Source: Azolla caroliniana (Eukaryota; Plantae; Polypodiophyta). Taken from it: a stretch of 64,000 bases of DNA. The DNA is taken from positions 1,550,001-1,614,000 of the forward strand of contig JBHGNT010000020.1 of assembly GCA_043228905.1 (NCBI GenBank), written 5' to 3'. Below, one piece after another: positions 31,929-45,398 of the stretch. Positions within the stretch are counted from its first letter, which is position 1, and each line of letters begins with the position of its first letter. Made by a program: the position numbers and the translations under genes. The notes beneath the pieces are model-generated. The model saw only the letters and a program-made list of their open reading frames with translations. It searched no databases and was not told where the DNA came from.

Positions 31929-34900
31929 ATGGCTATGGGATCTTCTTCCTACAGAGACAGAACCGCAGAATTCGACGCTGTGGTCGACAGATTCAAGATA
32001 AATCTTCAAGGACAAGCCTCCTCCTCCTCCTCCTCCTCCTCCTCATCATCATCATCATCAACAACACCATCTTCTTCTTCTTCTTCAACTTCTTCTTCAA
32101 ACCGTTTTGATTTCAACAGAGAAGCTTCTCGGATCGGCCTCTCAATACAAGATGCAGAGAAGAAGCTTTCTCGCCTCTCTAAGTGTATGTATATGCATCT
32201 CTCCTTTTCATGGTGCTTTCTTTTCTTCATCCTTATATTTTGCTTCCCCATACTCAAATTATGTTTTTTTTCCCCTTTCCATTCTTCTTCTTGTCTTTTA
32301 TGTCGATCAATTTCACGGACATGGCCTTGTTCTATTTATGTTAATAATGTTCAATTATTCTAGGGTTTCGGCTCTTCAATTCCTTGGTTAAATGTTACTC
32401 ATGCCCAGTAATTCTCCATGAAATTTCAACCATGGTTCTTAAGTTTTTCCGTAATCTTGTTTCAATGAATGCTTTTTCTCCAAAAACGATTATCGATGGA
32501 ATGATCTGAGTATATTAGAGATTTGGAGTTAGATCCACAACTTAAAGGAATGCTTGATCCATCGAAACGGAGAAGTTTAATCATCTCTAGACAATGGATT
32601 CTAATCCTTTAATTTGTGCATGGGTTTCGGGGCACATTATGAAATATAAAAGAAATGTTTGATCCATCAAAATTCCTGGAAAAATAGAAACAATAGATTC
32701 TTCAATCACATTGCTTCACCTTCACATCCAGTCTCTGCCATATACATGTCTTTTGCCGAGGACAATGAGACACTTAATTGGTTCTTGCTACTGTAGGAAT
32801 ATATCATGGATCCCAGAGAGAATGTCCATTCTGAATCTCAATTTCTGCTCAGCTTGGTACCTTGACTAAATCAGACGTCAAATCCAACCATATCCTTAAG
32901 TATCTTGGAACATGCATCCCAGGTTGCCAATGATTCGTTAACTTGACCTCCATCAGTGTTGACATCGACTTACAAAAATCCATCCTGACTTGGTTTGAGC
33001 AACAAACTTATCCTTGTATAAGTGCAATAGACCTAGATCCAGCGTCATGAATCTGAAACTTAGCTTTATCAGACCAAGGTCCGATTCTGTGTTGCAAGTT
33101 ACGGCCATGTCATCGCCACTGAGGATTAGTTGAGGGCAACATCCCCTGAATATCTTTTGATTTTTCTTTCTGTGAGGAATCCCTCCAACCAATCATACGA
33201 GGCGCTTGGTGCGTGCATCAGCCTGTACAAAACACCTTGTAATATCAAAGATGTGTCTTCTTCAATTGGGTGCTTGGCAACAACCATATGAGATGAAGTT
33301 GCACATCAGGTGAATTATGTTGACATAATGATTTCCTCAATTGCCCTCTGCCCTTGAGGATGATGTAGGTCGTACACCACCCCACCTTGGGGCTCGACCC
33401 TTCATCTGATTGTGCTAACCCTCCTCCCCTTGCCTTAATAATGATTGCCCACCCACAAAGAGTCACAACCTACCTTGCACTCCCCACCTTCATTCTGCCC
33501 TTAAAAAAGACATCACACAGCAAGAGCCATGGTCAAAAACATCCTTACGAAGCATCTCCTATTCAACCGTTCTTGCACCCACCCCACAATACACCAATGT
33601 TTGGTTATAACCCACATTATCCACTACTGACCATCCACTGCTCACCTCTGCACAAGTCACCACCAGTCAAGCCTGCCGCACCCATGAAGAGTCCTGACCT
33701 ACCTCACACTTCCTGCCTCCATTCGGCCTTTTCAAAAGCCCTTGCACAGAGAGAGACAAAAGCCTCGACGATAACATCCTTAAGAAGACTCTTCCATTCG
33801 ACCCACCTCATGCTACATCAACTACTGGCCCCGACGAATACCATTGACAACCTTGCCTTTATGACCCTCCAAGAACGATTTGATGTTGCCCACTTATATA
33901 ACGAGCTCATCGAACATTTCCAGCTCACCCACACCCTTCAAGACTCCATGGTTTACATTGAACACAGAGAATAGCCAATTGATTTGAGTCCCAAATCAAA
34001 TATCAGACCTTTGCTTTAAAAATTCAACTGCAGACCTAAGTCAGTCACCTCAAGAGTTTTTCCAGACAATCAACATCATGCAAGCTATTCCTTTAGACAA
34101 CTGGGGGGATGTTAAGTACCTGCTGCACACTTGGCATGACAACTTCACTTAATAGTCCTTAAACTTGATACCAGTTGAAAGCTGTATGATTTCAACAAAT
34201 TAATCTATATGTTTAAACAAAACATAAATGACTAAACAACATGATTAAATCAAACCACATAATTTCATACAACTAAGTTCAAGTTCTTAAGATGGGATGC
34301 TTAAGTCGTGGGCACTTTGACTAGAAAAATTAAGCTTGGGGGAATAGAGGAGACAGATTAAGGGAAATGAAATGTAAAAAAGGTAAAAAGTGGCTTATAT
34401 AGTCTTTACATTGCCCTTAGGCCTTTTCACACCTCTTCTCTCTTTGGTTTTCCTATCTCTTCTCCCCTTTCCTCTCACCACTTGACGGCCAATGTCTTGC
34501 CTCTGCCATTTGTGTGGAAATGAAGTGTACAGAGGGCACTTGAGATTAAGCATTCCTGGTTAAGGAGTTGGACTCCTTTGTATAAAGTTGATTGTAATGT
34601 AATCAAAATCTATGTGGTTTGTCTTATATGTATTTATAGATATTTTTGCTTCATTTAAACATGTTAATTAAGTCATTTAAGTAAGTTACATTCATCTGGA
34701 GGTCATGAGCAGCCAATGAATAATGCTGAAAATCAGGCTGAAAATCATGGTCAACAGCCTAGTGTTGAAGATTCTGTTCCCTCTTAATGTAGACCCCGTG
34801 CCTGATAATCTAGGTCATTGAGTAAGGTCTACTAGATTAAGGGAGATTTTTTAGAGATGTGATCCATCTTTCAGTCCATAATGTTAATTGATGAATGTTA

Positions 34901-37900
34901 CAAGGCTGGATCATGTGAGCAAAAGAGTAAGTGGGAGTGTGCGATGCAAGAAGAAATAAAAGCTTGGCATTCAAATGATACCATGAACCTGGTTGAGTTG
35001 CCTGAGTGTATGAATGTTATTCCTAATAGGTGAGTGTATAAAATCAAGATTGTGGATGGAAAACCCAAGTACAAAGCAAGCATGGTTGCAAAAGGCTATA
35101 TGCAAGTAAGATGGGTTGACATTCAAGAGGTATTCTTCCTGTAGCCAAAATAATCACCTTGCAAACTTTGTTTGCTCTCCATGTAGTTCGTGGCTTGTGC
35201 GTTACCAGATAGATGTAAAGACTGCTTTCTTGGATGGGTTCACAATTCCTGGTAAGGAACATTTAGTGTGCAAATTCAAGAGGAGTCTATATGAGCTGAA
35301 ACAAGCTCCTGGACAGTGGTACAATTTTTTTGATGCTTTTTTGTTATCACATGGATTAAAAAGGAGCCATGCAGATCATTATTTGTACACAAAAAGGGAT
35401 GTAGATTGCAGCCCCATCATTTTGGTCCTATATGTAGACAATATTTCTTACTGGGCATTGAAAAGGAAAGTACACTTAGTGCACTTAAAGAGCTGCTGAA
35501 ATCAGCTTTCTATGGAAGGTTTAGGCCAGCTGAACATATCTTGGTATCAGGATATCAGCATGTAGATCCAAATACAACTCAGTCGTTTGACGTGTTCAAC
35601 AACCCTTATTTTTGTGACTAAGGTTGAATTAATACCTGAGGTTGCTAACTCTTAACACCTATTAACTTCTCAATCACACTCTATGTTGATTTCACAGTAA
35701 AGGGTCTATTGAACCAACGGTTCTTCATTTATATAAGATCTCTTCGGTGGTGAAATTTCAGGTAAATTGGTGGTTCTGTGCAAGGTCTGATGGAAGTGGA
35801 GGCAATTATGATTAAACCATTTGATTGAGAAGAATTAATAGAAGATATTCAAAGCCCACAAAAACTGCAAAAGGGGATAGGAGCCTGGGATGGCATATTT
35901 TCTGCGTGGATTCCAAAATGAATTCATTGTTAACTATGCTATCTTGAATCTATTGAGATTTTATGTGCGTGTGTATATATATGAATCTATTGAGTTAAAT
36001 TGCCAAATTCTCTATCGCAGTTATTTGAGGTGTAGTATGGTTAAGTAGAGCAAATTATTATAGAATATGCTTGACAATTGTACAGTAATTGACAACAGTG
36101 ACCAAACGTTCTTCGATGTTCGATGACCCTACTAGAGAGATCCAAGAACTTACAGTTGTGATGTCACAAGATCTTACATGGCTCAACTCTTCAATTCAAC
36201 AATTGGAATCTAATGATATTCTCCGAACCGATATGAGCTCACAAAATTTTGAGCACTGCAAGACAATCGTGGAAAACCTGAAAGGAAGGCTCATGCAAAT
36301 CACCAGTGGTTTCAAGGAGGCTTTAACTACGAGAACTGAGGTTATTATCTTTAGAGTTTAAAGCCAGTTTGATGTAATAAACCATCTTTCCGTATGCTCC
36401 TCTTTATTTAGTTCTTGAAAGTTGTTTTGTTTTCAAATTTAAGTCTGCAAAAAATTCTTTCTTTATACTTTGTGTAGGGAGATGGCCAAATACCACCTCT
36501 ATTATTATCATCCACGTGGTATCATTTTCATTTCTTTATTTATATGCTGGGTAGGAAATGTTATCATTTGTGTCTGTCTTTTTATTCAGCACCTGAAGGT
36601 TCACGAGAATAGGCGACAACTCTTTACAGCAGCTCCTGCTAGTGAGAAAAGCGGAGCAAATGCATTAAATTCCTCGATTGGTAATGAGACGTCCTCAAAC
36701 CATACACCCCCTCCTTGGGCAAAGAGCTCATCATCTCAAACACCTATTTCTAGGTACATTTCTGGTGTAATTTTGAAAAATAATGCAACTACTTAAAGAG
36801 TGAAGAAAAGAAATGAATAATGAGAAAGAATATTGCCAACATAAAATGAAGAAAAGAAAACAATGATTATGTAACATTGTGGTGAGAAAGAATGCCTATT
36901 AATTTGAGCGAAGACAAAAATGCAATAATCTCTCTAGCATTGCATTGAGAAAGAGTTGAATGCTACATGAAGTGAAGAAAAGAATACAATAATTATCTAG
37001 CATTGTAGTGAGAAAGTGTTTAAGTTCATTATCTCTTGATTGATAGGAGAAGTGAAAGTGAAAATATGCATAACCCATCAGTTTTCTTTAAAATAGCTTC
37101 TTGTGTCTTTCTTGTTGTTACTGAGTCATTAATGAGTATTAATAGGTTTTACTGAAAGGACACTCAGGCAGAATACAGTTTTTATTTAGGGAAAAACATG
37201 ATTGTACCTTTCTTTGCAAATTTACACATATCTCCGGGATACCCCTGGGTTTTTAAATAACCAAAATAAACAGCAAATTTTCGGATTTATTTAATGATTT
37301 ATTCTTCTGTGGTTAGTTTGTCTATAAGTAAGAAATGTTTTACAGGGAATTCACAACTCAACTTTGCAATTAATAAGTTATCCAGCAACTACTCATAGTT
37401 AGTCATCATTAATTAGAGTAAAAGCTTATTAATTGCACTAATTAATCTGAATTGTGTGCTAATAATTAAGCTTTAAAGCTTAACCAACTTCATGGGGGTA
37501 TTTTTTAGGTTTTTAAAACATATAATGACATTTTTGGTCATTCAAAAAATATCAATGGTCTTTTTATTACTTGCAATGGTCACTCTAGTGAGTTCAATTC
37601 TATTTTGATTGCCTTAGGAATGCAGTTTCTGATACTTCAACAAGTACTCAACTCAGGTAAGAGTGACACAACCTTGACATGTGCTTACAAGTTTCATGTT
37701 TGATTTGAAGAGCATTTTGATTAAATGAATGAAGGCGGCGAACCGGAGGTGTTGCTTCATTTTCTCCCATGCAAACACAGATGCAAATGCAACAAGAAGC
37801 CATCCCTTTGCTTGACCATAATAGATCGAGTGCTCTACATGCCGTAGAATCAACCATTGCTGAACTAAGTGGCATGTTTACACAAGTTGCTACCTTGGTT

Positions 37901-38181
37901 TCACAACAGGGTGAATTAGCAATAAGGTGAAAAACTCTCAGAATCAATCATCAGCCTCTATGACATTTGTAAGTTCAATGCCAAAATAAAATGCTTTATG
38001 CACTTTTCTGCCTTGTTTCAGAATAGATGACAACATGGAGGATACACTGGGTAACGTGAAAGGAGCACAAGGAAATCTATTGAAGTATTTACATAGAATA
38101 ACATCCAATAGATGGCTTATAGTCAAAATTTTTATTGTTTTGATTGTTTTTCTCATGGTTTTTATTTTATTCCTTGCATGA
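31929..38181 (+). CDS. Qa-SNARE syntaxin of the SYP3 (SYP31/32, Sed5/STX5) family, 6 exons
   Basis: Exons 31929-32184, 36099-36340, 36590-36753, 37618-37656, 37735-37926 and 38022-38181 join in frame. Motifs: RDRTAEF, KRSSMFDDP, SNARE motif AVESTIAELSGMF...QQGELAIRIDDNM, C-terminal TM after SNRWL. Confidence 0.92.
34900..35560 (+). mobile_element. Ty1/Copia RT remnant in syntaxin intron 1
   Basis: AMQEEI, YKA..VAKGY, QIDVKTAFL, SLYELKQAPGQW, LYVDN. Confidence 0.8.
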
Positions 38182-38779
38182 ATGTGCTAAACCAAATTGA
38201 GCTAAAGATTATTCGGTATCTAAAATCAAGATAACCCTTATTTACAAATGGTGCATTGACCATTGGAAGGTTGATACCATAACATCATGTATGTAGTGCT
38301 GTTTATAATTATCTTGAAAGTTGGGTTAATAGTAATAAAAACCATATTGTTGATTCTTTTATTATTTTAGAAAGAGTGTCGATTGTGGAAGTCACTTTTG
38401 GCCAATTTTGGCTACCCAAAAACTTAAGGTTTAGAGTCAAGTGTTTGGATGTTAATAAAAGAGTATGGCATATTTCTGTAGTAAGAAAGGAGATACAAGT
38501 GGGTGTAGTGGAGGTAACTAATGCATATTATAATATAAACTGTGTTTTTTAAGCAATTGCAAGCTTCACGTCTATAGGGAAATTTGCAATGTAATAATAT
38601 AGAATCGAAAAAGGATGATGACAAGCATGGCCTAAATTTGATGGGTTAGTATCAAAGTTTTTATATGGGTATTTTTTAAAGATGTATGTCATATGACATA
38701 AGATTGCAAAAACTCACATGTCATTTGACATATAAATTTAAAAAATGAAAAGCTCCATATAATGCTACATTTCATTACT

Positions 38780-39140
38780 ATAATTAGAGTATGAACCATA
38801 CGTACCATACATGCATTTGCATTTGAGAATGTTTCAATCATTCGAGTATGGTAAACACCCTCGAAGTATGGTCAATACCATACTTTTGTATTCATTATTT
38901 ACACCTAGCATAACATTCGTTTTTTTACGTTGGAAAACAAATGCAAATGTTATTCAAACATTCTTGTGTTTTTTTTCCCTTTATTTATTTATTTTTTGTT
39001 TTTTAGGTTTATTTACCTCATAATAAATAGTTAATCCAAAATAATGGTATTTACCATTCTTCAAGGGTGTTTACCATACTTGAAGGATTGAAACATTCCC
39101 GAATGCGAATGGAAGTATGGTTCATACTATGATTTATTAT
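38780..39140. mobile_element. MITE-like element with ~100-bp terminal inverted repeats
   Basis: GTATGAACCATAC...GGTAAACACCCT at ~38789-38880 is inverted at ~39045-39130; a third arm copy lies near 39500-39570. Confidence 0.6.
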
Positions 39141-39959
39141 AAGGTAAAGTCTTTTTAAGGTAAGAAAATTAAGGTAAAAAGCATTCATATGGAAAAGAAT
39201 GTTTTCCATTCGTATGAAAAAGAATGTTTGCCAATGCATTCGTGTACATTATGTAGTATGTACTACGACTATAATTACCTCACAAAGATAATGAAATACA
39301 TGAAATAAATATCGTGTTAATGTTTTTACTAATAAGTATGAAGAAAAAGGTTAGTAAAAGATTTAATTTTAACTTAAAACTAAAAATGTTAAAATCAAAC
39401 CTAGAGTCTACACTTTGTTTAAAAATTCAACTAATATTATTAGCAAAGAATAAAGATTTGAGAATATATATAATTATGATTCATTACATGATGGTAACAT
39501 AGAATGAACCATAAGTACCATACATGCATTCGCATTCGAGAATGATTCAATCAAACGTGTATGGTACATCATCTCAAAGTTGGATTGGATTTATAAGTTG
39601 GAAAAAAAAATAAAGATTGGAATTTCAAAAAATGACTATGGTCTATATTATATATTGATTGAATCAAATGTCAACACAATTGAAAGTTCAAAACTTAGGA
39701 ATTACTTAAGTACTAAACATTAGAAAACATGAACATACAAATCAAATAGTTCAAAGACATAATTTTATTGATGATGAGCTCATCTTGCAATTATCAATGT
39801 TCTCATCTTGCAACTAGTGAAGTTATCAATTTCTTCACTTTAGAACTTTACAAAAAAATGACTATGAACTATAGAGATTGAATCAAAATATGTCATTATA
39901 AATTATAATCAAACATTCAAAACCTCGTAAAACGTATATTCAAGAATATGAAGAAAACA

Positions 39960-40780
39960 TGACACTAACATAAAATTTTGTTATGACATAACACTAACTA
40001 ATTAGAGAGAGATGAGAAAATTAGGGATCGAACCCAAGACATAACCAATAGTAAGCATAACAACTTACCACTAGGGGGAGCTGAGTTCTAATAGCAAAGA
40101 AAGAAAAAAAAGGAAAACGACAATAACATAAAAACTGGCTATGACATGACACTAATGAGAGAGAGATGAGAAAATTGGGTTAAAAAACACCACTAGGGTG
40201 AGCTAAATCTTCCAACAATAAAGAAAGAAAAAAACGAATATGACACATAACATAAAATTTTGCTATGACATGACACTAATGTGAGAGAGAGAGAGAGAGA
40301 GATGAGGAAATTGGGAATCGAAGCCAAGACATAGGCAATAGTCACATAACAACTTACCATTAGGGTGGGCTAATTTCCAATAATAAAAAAAGGAAAAAAG
40401 CGAAAAACAAAGGAAACTAACATAATAACAACTTACCATTAGGGTGAGCTAATTTCCAATAATAAATAAAGGAAAAACGCGAAAAACAAAGGAAACTAAT
40501 ATAATAACAACTTACCATTAGGGTGAACTAATTTCCAATAATAAATAAAGGAAAAACGCGAAAAACAAAGGAAACTAACATAATAACAACTTACCATTAG
40601 GGTGAGCTAATTTCCAATAATAAATAAAGGAAAAAAGCGAAAAACAAAGGAAACTAACATAAAATTTTGCTACAACATGACAATAACGAGAGAGAGATGA
40701 GAAAATTAGGAATCAAACCCAAGACATAAACAACAATAGCATAACACTAGAGTGAATTACTCTCTAATAAAAAAAAAGAT
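39960..40780. repeat. Complex tandem array including 79-bp units
   Basis: Units start at 40421, 40500 and 40579 (ATAACAACTTACCATTAGGGTGA...); longer related units flank them. Confidence 0.85.
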
Positions 40781-41838
40781 AAAAAGGAGGATACATTTTT
40801 CCCTTTTCAAATGTGTGTGTTTCCAAACGTTTTCAAATGTATGTTTGCACGAACATGTTTATTGCTTTCTATGGATGGTAATATTATTTTAAGTGTGTTA
40901 TAAAAAACATATAATATAAATATATTATTAACACACTTCATAGTACATACATATATTTATATGACAATATATGATGTATATGACATAGAAAATAGAATTT
41001 TAGCATTTCATTTTATATGTATAATTTGTAGGTGCCTTTCACATGAAAATAGAAATTTAAACTTTATATGTCACTTGATATACATTTTTATTAGGTGTAT
41101 GTTTTTGACGGGCATGACACTTGTCAAATTTTTTGCCCACAAGCATCTCAACATGTCATATTGTTATTATATCTAGAATGGATCTTGTTTCCATAACATA
41201 ACACATCCCAATGAAAAATGTAGAACATGTATTGTGTATGCTCCAAACAAAATTACATGCAGGCTTTCATGTTTAATCAACTAATGCTTTTCACTCTTTA
41301 TCTACAATTACAAGCTTGTTAAATGTTACTATCTTCACTTTTAAAGAAACAAATTACATGTCTTTTGAAATATAATGAGAAGTTGATTAATTATGAGAAT
41401 CATACTTCTATAGGAGGATCCAACATGTGAATGGTGAGTAGGAGCTTATGAGGAATGGAAATTTTATTCAGCACACCAAAGTCCCATGTTTCTTGTAGAC
41501 CAAGAGTTATAGTTTTACTATGGAAAACTACATATAGTGCTACTATTGAACATTGGGTCAGACTCTCAACTCTTCAGTGACCTTGCATTTTGTGAAAATT
41601 TTAGAGGAAAACGTCAATCAACTTCCCAGAGTTGTCAAAGCATGTCATTTGCGATTGAAATACTGAAACCTTAAATGAGCGCATTGCAAGGTTATTTGTC
41701 AAATATATGGCATAAAACAACTAGTGGAATTTGGTTTTACATACACCTATATATATATATATATATATATATGGGAGAGGAAGGTTCTTTGAGATGTTCT
41801 AGTGGATTGTTTTGTTACTCCCCTCTAGAGGAACACAT

Positions 41839-42502
41839 TGTCGGTTACTACTCCCGAGTAGCCGAATCAAGGTATTTTGCTATGAAGGAGAGGTAGGTTT
41901 CGGGATGTCCCACCGACACTGTACTTAGTCATATTTGGGACGTGAGCTAACTCTACGCAAATGTTACCTAGTTATCTCACACTAGAAATAGTCCCCTCAA
42001 TTGTCCGCTCCGAACGACACTCGTCAATACAGACCGATTGCTTCGAGGCCCGAAAGGGATGCAAGGTATGGGTTTCTACCAAATCGGCTACCAGCAAGGC
42101 GTGCACAAGGTTTCATAGTAACATTAATACACTTAGAGACTTTAGATGTCAAAACACAGGGTTTCCCCACAAACACAGAATTATATTAATGATACAGAAC
42201 TATTACAAGGAGAAACCGATCGACTATCGGTTATGAATCTCGACTCTCTGAGAATATGCGTACCTCTTTGTCTCTCTCTCTCGTCTATCAATACCCCCTT
42301 ATATAAGACTCCATGCTTCCTATTTATGGGAAGCATGATCGGTTACAAAATGTTTACAAATCATTAATTGATTAGGCGTTATCGTACTGCCCTTCTTGGT
42401 TCTCGGTTAGCTCCACTTGTTTGTCTTTTTCTTGATTTGGTTCCGACTTGTGCTTGACCTTCTGTCCCTTTTCACAACTTTGGTCGTCCTACCCGGCCAA
42501 CA
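41839..42502 (-). mobile_element. Possible solo LTR
   Basis: TGTCGG...CCAACA ends; TATA-like and GA-rich tract on the minus strand; no TSD found. Confidence 0.4.
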
Positions 42503-42968
42503 TGTTTCCCCTTTGCATTATTGTAACTTAAAACACCAATGTACAACTTGTATGTAAGGCGCTTAAAGACAAGTTTGTATTTAGGATATTGAACACATAT
42601 ATCTTGTTTTTTCTACATACTAGATTGGTTGCTTTTGTGTTTGATGCATTTAGAAAGATAATGTATAATGTGAAGTTGTATACTAAAAGGGATATACAAA
42701 TTCATGATAAGTAGTTCCCTTATAATTCTCAATTCATTAGATAACGGAATGTCTTTCAAATACCACATATAGGTGGGTTTTGTAGGGTCACTGTACATTG
42801 GTGATATCTAACTTCTACTAAGATTGATTGAGGAACAACCAATAATAACATATTGAGAAGAAATGCAAGTTTTGTGAATTGTGCAAATGAAGAACATTCA
42901 ATGGTTAGTGGAGGCCAAAATGACACTTCACATTGGGCACCATCTAGCTTCTAAAGGTCGTGCTAGTT

Positions 42969-43398
42969 TGTAAACGATTACTTGCGGAAGCGTTAGAAAA
43001 CAGAGAAAGTAGGGAATACACAGAGTACACGGGAGAGACAGAGAGAGCAGAACGTAAAAGCTATATTCAAAACGATATAATCACTCTGTATTTACAACTG
43101 TGCTCAGTAACACTATTTATACAAGTCCTCGTGGGACTGACAAAAGTACCGCGTACTTCAATGCTCACACGAGCTTCTGACACTTACTGCGAAACTATAA
43201 TTGCCTAGTAGTCTAAACTAATACTAGGCTTCCGGTTACCGATTGGATCCGGCTAACCGGCTCCCCAGCTCACCGGCTCTGTTGCTTGCCGGCTCGGTTG
43301 CTCACGGCTTACCGATCCGTCTCACTTACCGATCCGTCTCGCTTGCGAGCTCAGGCTTATCCAGACAATCCGGCTCCAGTTGAGCTTGCCGCTCAACA
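42969..43398 (-). mobile_element. Solo LTR (430 bp)
   Basis: TG...CA ends; perfect 5-bp TSD TAGTT (42964-42968, 43399-43403); TATAAATAG on the minus strand. Confidence 0.85.
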
Positions 43399-45398
43399 TA
43401 GTTGCATAACATGTCATATTGTGGATTGCCACCTCAAGCGCCAAGATTAACTTTCTAAGACATTAACAACTATTTGCATCTACTCATGCAATCTAATAGA
43501 TTAGTTTCTACTCACTACATTTGTTTTCTTTACCTCTAAGATCGTGCCTTGCGTCATGTTCATTTTCGCATTGATGGCATGAAAATCAATAATGTGTTAA
43601 CCACAACTTTCGGAGTTTGTGAGTTTACCCTATTTACAAGCCATATAAGGGGTTTTCATATGTGAATTTCATATTTGTTTTGTAAGTATGAAACCATGAG
43701 AGTTGCTCCTCTTATCTCGCCAAAAATTCTTAAGTCACAACTAGTTTCTTTTCTTCATGTCGGAAACATCCATGGATATAGAGATTTCATTTATCCTTAC
43801 CTATGGAAAGATGAATTGAGCATATAAACATGTAACACACAAGATGCTCTTAAGAAAGCTAGGAATTCAATCAAATGCATGAATCTAGAGAGAGGAAACA
43901 AGAAAGTTATTGGAAACTAAACGTGTCATTATTGATTTCATAATAAACCAAAAACTTGCTAGTTATTTATTGGCATTGTAACATAATATAACATATCATC
44001 AATGTTATAGCATAAATTGATTTGAAACATGTGTTAGTTCTAGAAAGAAATTCATTTGATGTCTTTTAGGAATCAAGAGTCATGTGAAATAAGAGTTAGT
44101 TTTGAATGAGCACAAAGATAATAAAAAAATCTTTTCATTTTATGTGTATACGTAATGATTATATTTCAATGCATAATTTGTGATTTCCTTGAGCACACCA
44201 TGTATACATAGGAGTTTGTTTGCTCATATGAGGTAAAGATAGGTTTTATTATTGTCTCTAGACACCCCAAGTATGATCTCTCGACGAAAGATAAACATTT
44301 TCCCGTTGTGTGAGTTGATCAGTGATTTTTGATGTTCAAGAATCTTATTAATTGGATGCGCCAATTGTTAATGCATATTGTCACCAAAAGAGAAATGTTT
44401 AAGGGATAGACATGGGTTGAAGATGGAAGTAAAGCAAACTCAAATGTGATCAAAGGTGGAGAGAAAACCAAAAACTCAAAAAGTCGTTCATAGGAACTAT
44501 TCATCGAAGCATTGAAGAGTTATCCTTATGATACTCTCAAATGTTCTTTGATAAACGCTTAATGCATGTAATGCAATGATCCCCCATAGCGGACTATCAT
44601 GCTTTGCAAGAATGCCTCGTTTGAGTGATAGTGGATTGTAAAAATGCATTTTTATGGCCCCTTTTACCATAGTTGATAAGTCAAAATGGGTAAAGTGTTG
44701 GTATTCCCACATGCAAATGCTACAAATAAGTGCAGATTTTGTGTGTTATGGGATACAAGTCATAAGAGGTTCGGATGGGTGTGTATGAACACCCCTACTA
44801 TGAAAAAACTTTGTTTTAAATTGAAGTGGGAGACATTTGCAAGTCATTGCTTTTGATGCGGTGAATGGGGCCACTTTATTGCAAAATGTCAATGTCATAA
44901 TCCTTTGGCTTTGGAGGTTCCTAATGAAGGGAATGGTAAGAAAGGAGTTCGAAGAGATGTTATGGATGAAGGAACATCATCTAGAGCATCTACAAGAGAC
45001 AAATTGCAATCTATGGGACGAGGCCTAGACCATGGGAAGATCGACTTGGGTTCTCTCAAATTTATGACTTTGGTATATGATGCAAAACATAGAAGCCAAC
45101 AATCAAAGAAATATTGGACAGTGCTTTGGGAAACATATTGTGACCTTATAATCTTATTGATTTGAAAGCATGAATTCCCTTCCCAAGTTATGTGTAAAAG
45201 AAATACATTATAGATTTCTTTCTCAAGCAAAGGTAAATCACCTTATGAATTTGGCTTATGTTGTTGCATATGCTTCTTTATGAACACAAACAAGGTATAG
45301 TACACATATGTATATGATGTCAAATCTTGAGCATTATTAGGTCGATTGGATTAAGAGAGATGTTGACCCAAATCCAACCCCAGTCCCTCGTATTAGAT

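Noticed and set aside
33387-33974. 195-aa ORF inside syntaxin intron 1 as a nested gene
   Set aside because: Non-ATG start and no recognisable domain. It is followed by a PPT-like GGGGGA-TGTT at ~34105, so it is more likely an LTR-element remnant.
40345-40660. CRISPR-like array
   Set aside because: Units are wholly repeated with no unique spacers; eukaryotic context and no cas genes.
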